NCBI GenBank assembly: GCA_964234715.1 | Contig: OZ174285.1 | Length of the DNA stretch: 64,000 nt | Reading direction: 5' to 3' (one strand) | Source of the DNA: Podarcis melisellensis | Taxonomy: Eukaryota | Part shown: positions 13,171 through 24,672 of the stretch, piece after piece | Layout: each line of letters starts with the position of its first letter | How positions within the stretch are numbered: position 1 is the first letter of the stretch | Position numbers and translations under genes: made by a program | The notes under the pieces: generated by a model | What the model was told of the DNA's origin: nothing | Database searches by the model: none | What the model saw: the letters and a program-made list of their open reading frames with translations, nothing else

Positions 13171-16100
13171 GATCAGTAATAGCAATGTGATGTTACATAA
13201 TAGAACACCAGAAATACAGCATAAATCATATAAAATAATCAGTGAAACAATTACAACCTATAAAACACTGGCATTCAGGGATAGGAAGAGCCTTTCCAAA
13301 TAATGAAGTGTAAATCAAGGATCAGAAGCTAAAAGGGTTTTTGTCACCTTTATTTACTTTCTGATCAGCTTGCGTCTTTGTAGAAAATGCTTCTCTTCAT
13401 TTACTTACACAGCAGTGTAATGATTTCTGCTTCCCAGTGTTTTGACCCAAAATTTTAAACTTTCTAAATTGAAGTCTTGTGTCACTCCAGCAAATGAATG
13501 CTGCATTTTGGGTGCACAACACCACTGACCCCATTCCATGATGCCAGGCACGTTCTCTGAGTGCATCCATTTATTCATCAGAGCCTCATTTGGGGGTCTG
13601 ATCTGGTGCAACTCATGTGCTCAAGTCACACAGCAGCAAGCACACACACTCACTCACTGACTCTCCACCAGTCCAGGGGATAAAACAAAAGAATCATCTG
13701 CATGACCGACACTCGGAAACCTTTTGCAAAAAGACGTGTTTCTTCCTTGCAAGACAAACTCTTTCTCACACCTTTAAAAATGTGTTATAGTAGAACCACT
13801 GGAGGCCCCCCTCAGAATGTGCCATAATAACTGGGCATAATAATTCTCCCATTGGAATGCATCAATGCTGTTCTTTAATTGGCTGCTTGATGTCCCTCTT
13901 CCCGGAGTGCCATAGGACGCACTTTGCTTGCCTCGTGCCTCTGTAGCAAAACGTCTTTTGCACCCATTTCTTTGCTTTATCACCAACTAGAATCAAAGAT
14001 CTATCTGGGCAATTGCACACGATAATTTACTGCATATCATATTTTTTTTTGGGGGGGAATGTTTATTTATTTTGAAGTTATGAATCTCTGGTAGATAATA
14101 GGAGTATTTATACAGATGTTTTAGGTGCATTCAAAGAGCTTCTTGTTCTCTTCCGCGTCATTCCTATGCTGTTATTTCTTTTTAATGGTTTCCGAAAATT
14201 CTTAAGCAGGACAGCTTGCCAGTGATAGGGATGATGTTTTAAAGGGGGTGAAATACCTTTTCGGTTATACCAGACTTGCACACCACGTATTATTTCAGTG
14301 TTTCTCTGGGGTCGGGGAAATCCGTTTCCCCAACGAATGCCTGCAACTTAAGTGACAATGTAATGTTAAAGAGTACATGGTTAATATCCGGTTTTGGCTG
14401 ACTCGCTTCCACTCTTTTCCCACCAGTGATTTTTAAGTCCCCTTAGATTTTTGTACGTACTCCGTTTCACAGAGATCGGATCTTTTTCAAGGAAAGTTCA
14501 GCAGCCCCAGAGTAGATTCTACACAGGCAGCCGTCATTTGTTGCCAATGCCACCTTGTGGATTACAAAGGATATTGATTTGTTAAACAAAGTTACATGTA
14601 AATGTGGCTCTTTCCTTGCAACCCACACTCTGGCAAGGGCGTGTTGGAGTTCTCAACTGGATCCTTTTGTTTTCTGCATGACACTTCATTTTTCCACTCA
14701 CAGTTCATTTATGATTCTGATGAGAATGCCCCCCCTTTTTTTTCAAGAAACACACATTTCACTTTTTGACCTAGAAGCATCTGTTAGATTAAAAAAAAAA
14801 AAATTAAAAATACTACTTTGGCATTCTGGAAGTGTTAATGTCTTTCATATCTGTTTAATGCTATTTAGGGATATTTACGATCACCTCTTGGTTACTTGGG
14901 GTAAAGTGTGTTGCGTCCCCCCCCCCCAACAGACAGGAAAGCATTCATATGAGGAAACAGATTGCTTTAAACATGTGCTTCCTGTTACAGTAAAGAGAAC
15001 AAATTAGATTTAGCACTGCCTAATGAATGCACAAATGTGTACGTTTAAGCTTTTAAAAGCCTTACATTCATTTCAGGTCTTAACAGAAACTGAGTGTTGC
15101 CTCTCAGGTTACGGCACAGTAAACCTCGAAGGAAGGGCACACTACCTGTCCTTTGTCAGAGCAGTTTATTCAGAATTTTATTTCTCTGATGATGAAAGTT
15201 CAGTCCATAGGATTCCATAGGAATGGCGACATAAAAGAAAAGTTTATTTTTAAGGAAATTTGAGCGTTAATGTGGCTGGTCCATTATTGGTATTAAAAGG
15301 AATGAAAAGATGCATGCCTTTTAAAACTTGAGTTTGTCAGCCTCCCCCCTTTATCCTTTCTCTTTCAGCACATTGCTTTACTCCCCCGATTTAACAAACT
15401 CACTTTCTCATTCCTATCTGCCCTCCATTTCAGAGCTCTGAGCTCACCACCTTTAGAGCTCTGTTCAGAAGAGGGTCCAACCAACATCTTTCTTGTATTA
15501 TTAATACGTACTATTGTTATAAAAAGGGGTATCAAAATAGCCTTGTTTATATTATCACAGCAGGGTAGAAGGATTTTCCTCATCATACCACCCCCTGTTG
15601 GAACTGGTATGCACAAAGTGGGCATTCTGGCACCAGCATGGTTTTTGTTTTGTTTTTTAAAAGGAGGAACGAAATCACACAGCAAATGCAATTGTCGCCA
15701 CTAGCTTACCGTCCCATTTTTTGTGGCTATAATGGACCTAATATTTCTCTCTCTCTGGTTTGCAGAAAAGGAATACAAGTCGGGTTCAGCACCTTATGAG
15801 GCAGCTGGGAGGAGCTGATTGTACTTTATGTCTAAAGCGATCAGAACCTCTGCTTCTTTTTTATTTGGGTGGGCAAACACCCACCCACCCATTTTACACA
15901 GATACATATACTGTAAAATGAAAAAGCAGCCGAAAATCTTAACAAACAGAAAGGGTCGTTTGTTTGTTTGTTTTTACTAGTATATCCTTAATATGTTGGA
16001 GACCTTTAAAATGTAACATGAGCTACAAAGTTTAAAATTGTTGCATAGACCATTTAATTGCCCTCTTGCACTCACCTTTGCCTTTTTCTCAATCTACACT

Positions 16101-16678
16101 GAAAGAGAAGGCTTGCTGCAATAAGAACCTGCGTATGAATTGTTTCAGATGCTTTCTTTTCATTGCTTTATTGTCTTTCTTTCAATATGCATCTGGGATG
16201 GATATTAAAAGGCAATACTCCCCCTCCCACCACCATTCCCAGCCTTGTTTTCTAAATCTGCTTCTTGCAAAGTACATTTAAATGAGCAAATCTGGTGTGG
16301 CCACTCACCATCAAAATATTAGCAAGCTTGGAGTGAAAATATTGTCTTCATTCAAATGGCTAGAAAGAATTTAATTCAGCAGTAAGTTGTCTGTGCAAAG
16401 AATAAACTAGTAACACCCCCTCCTCCTCCCCCCAAAAAACAAAGTCAGAAGAACAATGTATATTCCAAAATCTTTGCAAGTTATGTGAACTGGTTTTCGA
16501 ATACAGTTTGTTTGATAATTAGTGTGCATCTCATAAGACTTTGATGGAATCATGTTTAACCTTTCTTTTACCACATTCTCACTTCAAATTAGCACTCCAT
16601 TTATCCTTTCCCAATAATAAAGCAAATATTTTTAACCTTCTCCATGCAACAGGTTTCTAAAAGGCTAAAAGTATGCTG

Positions 16679-16947
16679 NNNNNNNNNNNNNNNNNNNNNN
16701 NNNNNNNNNNNNNNNNNNNNNNNNNNNNNNNNNNNNNNNNNNNNNNNNNNNNNNNNNNNNNNNNNNNNNNNNNNNNNNNNNNNNNNNNNNNNNNNNNNNN
16801 NNNNNNNNNNNNNNNNNNNNNNNNNNNNNNNNNNNNNNNNNNNNNNNNNNNNNNNNNNNNNNNNNNNNNNNNNNNNNNNNNNNNNNNNNNNNNNNNNNNN
16901 NNNNNNNNNNNNNNNNNNNNNNNNNNNNNNNNNNNNNNNNNNNNNNN
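16679..16947. other. N-run (269 nt), gap or mask
   Basis: Run of N. Confidence 0.99.
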
Positions 16948-17899
16948 TAATGCAGGATTCTTAATAGCAGAAATCTCTAGTTATATACAGTTACTAACAA
17001 AACATGTAAGATAGGTGCATGTCCCTTTTGACTAGGTTTTTTTCTTCCTTGCACCAAATCATTTACTATTCATAATCATTAATGCATCTCCTAATTATAC
17101 AGCATATGTCTGTTAACTATTTCATTGCCATTTTCACTGCTGCAGTATTTGGGGTTTTGATTTTTTTTTTAAAAAAATAATATATGTATAATTTGAATCA
17201 TTTCACTCCATTCTTCAACTATTTATCACAATTGTTTGCACTTCACATAGCTTTGTCTGGCACAGAATATTTTTCAGAAGAGCTTTAAAAATGTTGTGAT
17301 GTGTTACTTGGGTTCAGGCAATAATCAGATCCCAGTTAATAGCTGCCCACTGAAAGAAATAATCAAGGGCAAGCCAAGTGCAAAAATCTTAGCTACTGGA
17401 AACATCTCCAAAGTGATGCTAAATATCTCTGATTTAAACCCCATAAAAGCCAGGATGGTGTTAAAAACAGGGAGCCAAATCACAGCTGCTTGCAACCACT
17501 TTACATGGGCAATTAATTTGCTTTTAGAAAAGTCCACTATAAGTGAGTAGAAGGCCGGATGGTGGGAGCTGTCATTGCTTTCATTTCATCTCTTCTTCCC
17601 TGTACATACTGATTACATCCCACATAAGTTTTAGAAAGAAGAATTCAATCTTAACATTTGTTTTCTTTTAGAGTATGCATGGAAAAGTGGAATTGCAGAA
17701 TTCACATCTTTATTTGTTAATTTTTTAAAGGTACTTTTCAGTCTCCTTTCAGGGCAAAATAAATAAATCCTGACGTGGCTCATAAAAGATGGGTTTAGGA
17801 TTGTGATGTACCATTCCCATCCATGCGTTTATCTGAGCCAATCCCAACATTTCTTCACCAGTTACAGTATCTTCATCCCAACAGCAGGGGCTAATTGTA

Positions 17900-18075
17900 A
17901 GAGAGTAGACATGTTGGACTCCAGCCTAGGAAATCAAGTTATAAAAGTTGTGCAAACTTACTTGGTGGCTTTGAGGAAGCCACAACATCTCAACCTCTGT
18001 TCTCCACCTGTAAAACTGGAAATAGTACCAACAGCACAATGTATTTGCAAGAATGAAAAAATAATGCTGTGAAGC
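17900..18075 (+). mobile_element. Old MIR/CORE-type SINE
   Basis: CORE-like tctcaacctctgttctccacctgtaaaactggaaatagtacc...aataatgctgtgaagc. Confidence 0.55.
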
Positions 18076-18401
18076 CCATTGCATATTGCAGTTGTCGTAG
18101 CCACACTCAAATACATTTCTGATACAATAATGATGTGGTTTAAAGCTACTATAACAAATTGATGGCCATGGAAAATATTTCATTGCACAAGCCACTTCCT
18201 TCTGCACCAAGACTTGTGGTGCATCGTTTCATGTTGAAATTGGTTTTGTGGGGGGGGGGGGAGTGGACAGGTTATGGAAGCTCTGAAGACAGGGGTACAT
18301 GACAAACTATTGACTCATAACTGGGTGATTTCTGCATGTTTTCTGATAGTGTGATATATGCAGGTGGGTTCTATCACCAGTGATTCAATAGCTACTTTGT
18401 G

Positions 18402-18617
18402 TGGTTTGGTATCAAATTACGCTTGTTCCATTAGCACAAGTATTTATGCTTGTGCAACAGAACTTCCCCTTCTCCTTTCCAAATCTGTTCTGGAGTAGAG
18501 GAACCCCCCTAGAACAGATTTAGGGAGAGATGGAAGGAAGGGGGAAAGTTCAGTTGTACAAGAGTAAATCCTTGCACTAATTGAACAAGTGGCAAAGCCC
18601 TACTTTGGATACAACCC
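18402..18617. mobile_element. Long palindromic MITE (about 215 bp foldback)
   Basis: Left arm cttgttccattagcacaag...aaatctgttctgg matches the reverse complement of right arm ctagaacagattt...cttgcactaattgaacaag. Ends are ggtttggtatcaaa / tttggatacaaccc. Confidence 0.8.
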
Positions 18618-18939
18618 TGTGTGCCTCAAAAGGTTGATATTACAGTGATATGTTGACGATCTGGTTTCTTGGTGGACTGCCTTCCAGCATTAAGCTCGGC
18701 TTTCCCCCTTTTTATGGAGCATTCCATCTAGGACAGTCTTCCATAACAGCTGCTATGGACTACAGCTGTTGGTTGTTTCATACAAAACACCTGGTGGATG
18801 CAAAGTTGGTGAAGGCAGGTCTAAGGTGCTGGTTTTGCTCTTATTAAACTTCTGCCTAAGTAAGGCTATGCATGTCTATTAAAAGTCCACTTCAGTGGGA
18901 CTTGCTTCCTGTTATTTACATACAGAGGAGGAGCTGGGG

Positions 18940-19160
18940 TCTCTTAACAAGTACCTGAGGTCGGTGATGGAATGGACCTGAGTTTGCTATTGGATTGTAA
19001 GGTAGTGGCTGTGGCCAGGATTGAATTTGTATAGTTCCAGCTGTACCCTTTTCAAGAGGAGAGAAATGTAGCCACTGTCAAATGCCTTGGTCACGCCCAG
19101 ATTGTTCCAACATGCTCTACGTGCAACTTCCTTTGGGACTGAAGCTACTGCAGATTGCTT
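18940..19160 (+). mobile_element. Highly degraded L2 ORF2 fragment
   Basis: atgccttggtcacgcccagattg...caacatgctctacgtg resembles the L2 HALVTSRLDYCNALY-coding segment. Confidence 0.45.
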
Positions 19161-19233
19161 CAACTAGAATAGATTAAATTAACAAAAAAATTAACCTTCA
19201 ACTAGAATAGCTTAAATTAACAAAAAAATTAAC
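19158..19233. repeat. 38-bp tandem duplication (2 copies, 1 mismatch)
   Basis: cttcaactagaatag[a/c]ttaaattaacaaaaaaattaac twice. Confidence 0.95.
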
Positions 19234-19502
19234 CAGGATTCTCCAGATCTAACCCTGATTCCACCCCTAAACTTATATATAACCTGAGGATGAGACTTAA
19301 CCTTTATATAGCATATTTCAGTTTTTTAGGGTACAGATAAAAATAAGAACAGCTAAAAACAGAAAAAATAATAATTAAAAAACAATTAAACACTGGTAGA
19401 TTGTTTTATTTTAATGTTGTGTGTGTGTTTATGTAAAATAACTAGCACTTCAAATTTGCCCATAAACAAGACTGGTAGCCAGTCTTGACCCTTAAACAAA
19501 GT

Positions 19503-19717
19503 TGGCCCGCCCATGAGGCACACTGAGGCAGTTGCCTCGGGCGACAGGTCTGGCCTCCAAGGAGTGCACTGCTTGCTGCCTCCTGCGCTTGTCAGTGCAT
19601 GGGGGACTGTGGAGGTAGAGGCAGTGGTGGTTGGGCTGTGGAGGAAGGAGTGGTTGAGATGGGCAGGTGGCATTTTCTGTTTTGCCTCAAGCAGCCAAAC
19701 ATCTTGGGCTGGCCCCG
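19503..19717. mobile_element. Degraded GC-rich non-autonomous DNA transposon (hAT-like)
   Basis: Ends tggcccgccc / gggctggccccg and internal tgaggcagttgcctc...ttttgcctca motifs. No clear TSD. Confidence 0.45.
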
Positions 19718-19837
19718 AGTCAAATTATCCTCATGTTGCAAAGGGGAAGCAGAGAATTGTGGCTTGCCAAAGGTCAGCTGTTGATACCAAGCAAGGAATG
19801 GGCATAGGAAGCTATGAACTCACAAGCAAGGAATGGG

Positions 19838-20005
19838 CATAGGAAGCTGTTTTAAACTCAGAAACCTCGACCCATTCAGCTCAGTGTTGTCTGCACTGAC
19901 TGGCAGCAGCTCTCCAGCATTTCTTCCCGAGATCTCTTCTACTTTGAAATTCCAGGGATCTGAGACCTCCAGTAAGCAAATCAGATGCTCTACGCCTGAG
20001 CCATG
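19838..20005 (-). mobile_element. tRNA(Ala)-derived squamate SINE, reverse orientation
   Basis: cataggaagctg...gctcagtgttgtctgcactgactggcagcagctctccag...agatgctctacgcctgagccat is the reverse complement of the 11103 family. Confidence 0.75.
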
Positions 20006-20428
20006 ATAATAAATTACCTACAACACAAGCGACTTCCCTACCCTTTTACCACTTCCCTGCATGAGCTCAGCTACTTAACTTCTTGCACTTTGTACAGCCC
20101 TCCTCAGGTGTTCTCCCTCATACAATTACCACTGTTTTATGGGAAGCAGAGGGGCTGCCGCTCCTTCGCACATCACCAGCACCACCTTCACAACCCTCCA
20201 CACCTGGTAGCTGAATGTCTGTAGCCAGGAACCTTTTCTACTCATTTAGACTCCCTATGTGACCTAGAAAGCTGATATTCTCAGGTTCAAAATTATTCAG
20301 GGAGCCTACATGAATGAAGCAGGCTAGTTCAGCACCAAACTATGGGAAACTGTGGGAATGGTGCTGGAGGGACAGAAGCAGAGAGCATGTCCCTGATCCT
20401 TATCTCCCATCATAGTAATTGTGTAAGG

Positions 20429-20564
20429 CGGGCATCCCCAACCTGCGGCCCTCCAGATGTTTTGGCCTACAACTCCCATGATCCTTAGCTAACAGGACCG
20501 GTGGTCAGGGATGATGGGAATTGTAGTCCAGAACATCTGGAGGGCTGCAGGTTGGGGGTGCCTG
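20429..20564. mobile_element. hAT-family MITE with perfect 8-bp TSD
   Basis: Long TIRs cgggcatccccaacctgcggccctccagatgtt / aacatctggagggctgcaggttgggggtgcctg. TSD gtgtaagg at 20421-20428 and 20565-20572. Confidence 0.93.
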
Positions 20565-20659
20565 GTGTAAGGAGAAGAATGCCTGAATAGGGCTTGCATC
20601 ATTCAGGACAACCACGATAATAAGTTTAAACAGAGACTTAAGACACTGTGAATGCATTA

Positions 20660-20825
20660 AGAGTTTGGCTCTGTGGACTTAGCCTTCTAATCTCAGCTGA
20701 GTTGTGAACCCATTTGGTAACCTTCACAACCATCAGCTTCAGTATCCCTATCTATAAAATGGGCGTAAGGATGACCTGACCACAGGATTGTTGTGAGGGT
20801 GAACAAAGTATGCTAAGTAAGTAGA
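20660..20825 (+). mobile_element. Old MIR/CORE-type SINE
   Basis: cttcagtatccctatctataaaatggg...cacaggattgttgtgagggtgaa is the MIR core. Confidence 0.65.
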
Positions 20826-22464
20826 AAAGAGAGGAACAGCTCTTTTAAAAACATGCACAGTAAAAGTGTTATAAAATTGGAAGACAGAACAGTTTCGGTT
20901 GTCTACAAACAAAAGGAACCCAAACCAAACACATTTCAGCATATCCATTCTCCTTTTTAAATTAGATTTCACATTGCAAAAAAATAATAATAAAATGGTG
21001 CAACTGTGTTGTGGTATCCTTATGCAGATTCCTCTAATCAGAGAGGAATATAACTACTTAATACTCACCACTACTTACCCTCCTGCACAGTACAACTTTG
21101 AGTTAAGCCACAAAATAGTGTTTAAATGCTGTTAAGGGACAGATCTACAAAAACAAATTTAAGGCCAGGCCAACAAAATCCAATACTGGTGAAAGCTGGT
21201 TTCACCGCTCTTGAATTCCTTGTGCTACATTCCACTGCCATGTAACAGCCAAGTTCTATCTTGTTAAGTTACATTGGCCGTAATACTAGTCTACCATAAA
21301 CAACATAACTGGCAAACCATTTCAGTAGCTCGACCGGTAATGTTCTTCCCTTCTGATTGAGAGTATTCATTGACTGTATTCATAGTTTTTGTATAAAATA
21401 TTAACAGTTTTTTGTTTTTCTTTTGTCGCTTCCACTGTCCTTTTCTTGTTTATGTCTCAAACTACAATGCTCTTTGGATCCTTTGTTGTTATGAATATAA
21501 TAAAGAGACAGGTATGTCCTTGGTTATAAGTGTGGTTTAGCAGTAGATACCAGTACTATAATATTATTTGTCCCTTGGGGTTTTTTTTATTCCACTCCAT
21601 CCCAAAAACTTGTGGTTGGTGGTTACCGGTACATAAAAATCTCAATTAATGCATCACAATTAATTCCAGTAGCATCTGAAAAACCCACATATTTGAATGC
21701 AAAATTATCAAACTGGCTGAAACCCATCTCATCCTTCTCTCTAGTGTCTCCTGATTCCTTGTCTCTCACCTGTCACACAAGTCTGTAGTACTTGGCATCC
21801 CATTGATGGCACCACATGTCCTCACACACACACACTGCTTAAATTTATCTTGCATGCTACAATGATGTCATAATATAATTCAGTTCTGCTTAGAGAAGGA
21901 TTTTATCAGCATTGAAGGTACCACGGTGCTTATTGCTGCAGGTTTCTTGCATGCAATGAAATGCATCATATTGACGTTGCCAAAAGTTGCAACCCAAGAA
22001 AGAGAGACATGTAGTCCATGGTGGGGTACCCTTTTCAGTCTGGGGCCTGCATTCTCTCATGAGCTCTCTTTCAGGGGCTGCATCCTGGTAGATGGTGCAG
22101 TGCTCCAATCCAGCCAAATAAAAGTTGACAGTTTCTTTGCATGCATGTGTGCATGCCCACACCTCCATATTCTTTCTCGTCAGTCAAGAGGAGCTATCAT
22201 AGTTCAAGGAAACATTCTAGAAAAGAAAAAGCAATTAAGGAGGGTATGGCCTCCTTTAGGTGATGCTGTCTCAGAAGAATTTCAAGGCCAAATAACAAGG
22301 TGCAGAGGACCTAAGATGTCCCAGTCTTGGTGTACTACATAGTCTCTTGTGTCAAGTGGGTCTCTGTCTTGCCACATCTGATAAGTTAATGTTCATTGCC
22401 ATCCTCTCTTAGGCAGACTCTGTCTTCAGGTTAAGCAGAGACTGGTTTGAGCTAAACAAGAGTT

Positions 22465-22472
22465 TATTATTA

Positions 22473-22505
<33 letters not shown>

Positions 22506-22555
22506 TAATTTATATACCACCCTATACCTGGAGGGTTCAGGGTGGTTCACAGAAC
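22465..22555 (-). mobile_element. L2-type 3' tail with (ATT)n/(GATT)n microsatellite
   Basis: tattattattgattgattgatt...tatataccaccctat...tcagggtggttcaca. Confidence 0.55.
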
Positions 22556-23418
22556 CTGCAACCAAAATGCTATGGGAATTTAACTACCTACCGATTTCCC
22601 ACCTCAGCTGAAGCATAAACAATGCCTGTTAAGGATAGCTAGCACCTGATACTCATTCTGCTAGTTAGTTGGCATTTTAGTCTCTTTAAGGATGCTGTTA
22701 AAATTCAAGCTCCGGTCCCTTCTTTATGGTTGAATATGGTCTCCTCTACTTGGGAGTTGATTGGACTTCTTGAACGCTGAGATCCATCCCAACTCTGATT
22801 GGGTGGCATATTGTAAGCAGTCTGGTGAGCAGATGGACCATCCTCCATTATAGAGTGGAAGGCCTTTTTCATCCTCTTCGCCAGTCATCAGATAATCAGG
22901 GCATGGCTTTATGTTCCATGTCAGCACCAACTTTCAGGTTCCCTATGCTGTTGGGAATACAGTCTTCCATGTTTCAGCTTTCTCTTGGCTTTTATGAGCA
23001 GCATAGTGAAAAGAAGAGAGTGCCAAATGAATATTTCAGAAAAACAGTTCGTTTAAAATAGATTGACTGCAAATTATATTTTAATGTTGTTTGGATATGC
23101 ATTTACTTTTCATGAAAGGTGACAGGATGATGTCAAAGAAGAATGAAGCACAGAAAAGGGGACAGCTTTTGCCTTAATAGCTTCGCAAGCACCAATATCT
23201 TGGTAGGGACTCGGCCCGTTCAGTTCTTAGCATTTCTGCCATGGATGCCAACAAGATAACAAGACCAATCTTTCATGGTTCTTTTTCTCAAGCCCATGAA
23301 AACTGAACAATCAGTTCATTTCAGTAAAGCAGGCCTGCATGCAACCACCAGGCATTTATTGTGGTCTGCTGGATTCTTGACACACACACCCTACACCATT
23401 TATGCAGACCCAGAGCCA

Positions 23419-23556
23419 CAGATCATTTGCTTTGTATGCAGAAAGTCCAAAGTTCAATCTTTGATAGGTCTATGCAAGGTTTGGAGAGACCACTCTCTGA
23501 AACCCTGGAGATCTGTTACCAGTAAGTATAGGCAGTACTGAGCCCAATGAGACATG
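23419..23556 (+). mobile_element. tRNA(Ala)-derived SINE, partial
   Basis: gatcatttgctttgtatgcagaaagtccaaagttcaatc...gaaaccctggagatctgttaccagt...tactgagc. Confidence 0.65.
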
Positions 23557-24397
23557 GCTTTGTACGCATTCTCAGACTTCCAGCTGCATTCTTTTCCATC
23601 TACCTTATGGGTTGATCTTAAATGAAAAATGAAGCTTCTTATTTACTTTTGTCCGGAAATTATATACTGTGCTGAACAAGAGACATGATGGCACAGCTAT
23701 AACTAACTTATAAAATGAAAGTTGGGTTGGTGAATTAGAAATACTGAGCGAAGTAGTTCCTGACACAGTGTTTGCGGTAATGTGGTATCTCCCGCTTTCT
23801 GTGTCACGTTGGATAAAAGCTCATATTAAAACAAATTTGTCCACACCTGTTGCATATAAATATATTGATAGAGCTTGAGTGGTTATAGATTACACCTAAT
23901 GATTCTTGTTTTGTAGTTTCTGAGCTAGAAAGTGGTGCAAAGCACTGAAAATAGGTTATTAGATTTATATTTTTAAATCTAGATTTCCAAACAGAGTAAG
24001 GTTAAGCATGTTGCTGTAAAGTGATAGACCACTCATAGTCATTCATAGGCTGAAGTATTAGCCCCAGAGTTTTCCTCCAATTTTCATGGGGATGCAGCAA
24101 AAAATGTCTTCCTGCAATATTGGATTCATCTTTCTTTTCCTTTTTCTTTCTGAGTGGGTGGGTAGACAGATTTTAATAATTTTTATTTCTTACCTTTAAA
24201 TATGAGGTGGTTAATGCTTTCTATATTTTATTCTTCAAAGGAGAGAAAAACCTTAGGCCACCTCTTATGCAAAATTGAGAAATGAAAATTCACCCACCTC
24301 CCTGAGTGTCCCAGAATGTTTCTTTCACTTTTGAGTGGGGTGCAGAATCGTTCTGTGTAAATGTGATGGGTTGTGAAACAGACATTTGTACTACAGT

Positions 24398-24672
24398 AGT
24401 GTGGTGTAGTGGTTAAGAGCGGTGGGCTCGTAATCTGGTGAACCGGGTTTGATTTCCCGCTCCTCCACATGCAGCTGCTGGGTGACCTTGGGCCAGTCAC
24501 ACTTCTCTGAAGTCTCTCAGCCTCACTAATCTCACAGAGTGTTTGTTGTGGGGGAGGAAGGGAAAGGAGATTATTAGCCACTTTGAGACTCCTTAAGGTA
24601 GTGATAAAGTGGGATATCAAATCCAAACACCTCCTCCCCTCCTCCTCCTCCTCCTCCTCCTCCTTCTTCTTC
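24398..24672 (+). mobile_element. Young Squam3-type tRNA-derived SINE (lacertid-like) with (CCT)n(CTT)n tail
   Basis: A box gtggtgtagtggtt, B-box-like gggtttgatttcc, body gggtgaccttgggccagtcac...ttgtgggggaggaagggaaaggag...gggatatcaaatccaaac, simple-repeat tail. Confidence 0.88.

Noticed and set aside
14555-15007. 150-aa ORF
   Set aside because: No recognisable homology, non-ATG start, and it crosses homopolymer runs; chance intronic ORF.
21926-22342. 138-aa ORF
   Set aside because: No recognisable domain or splice context.
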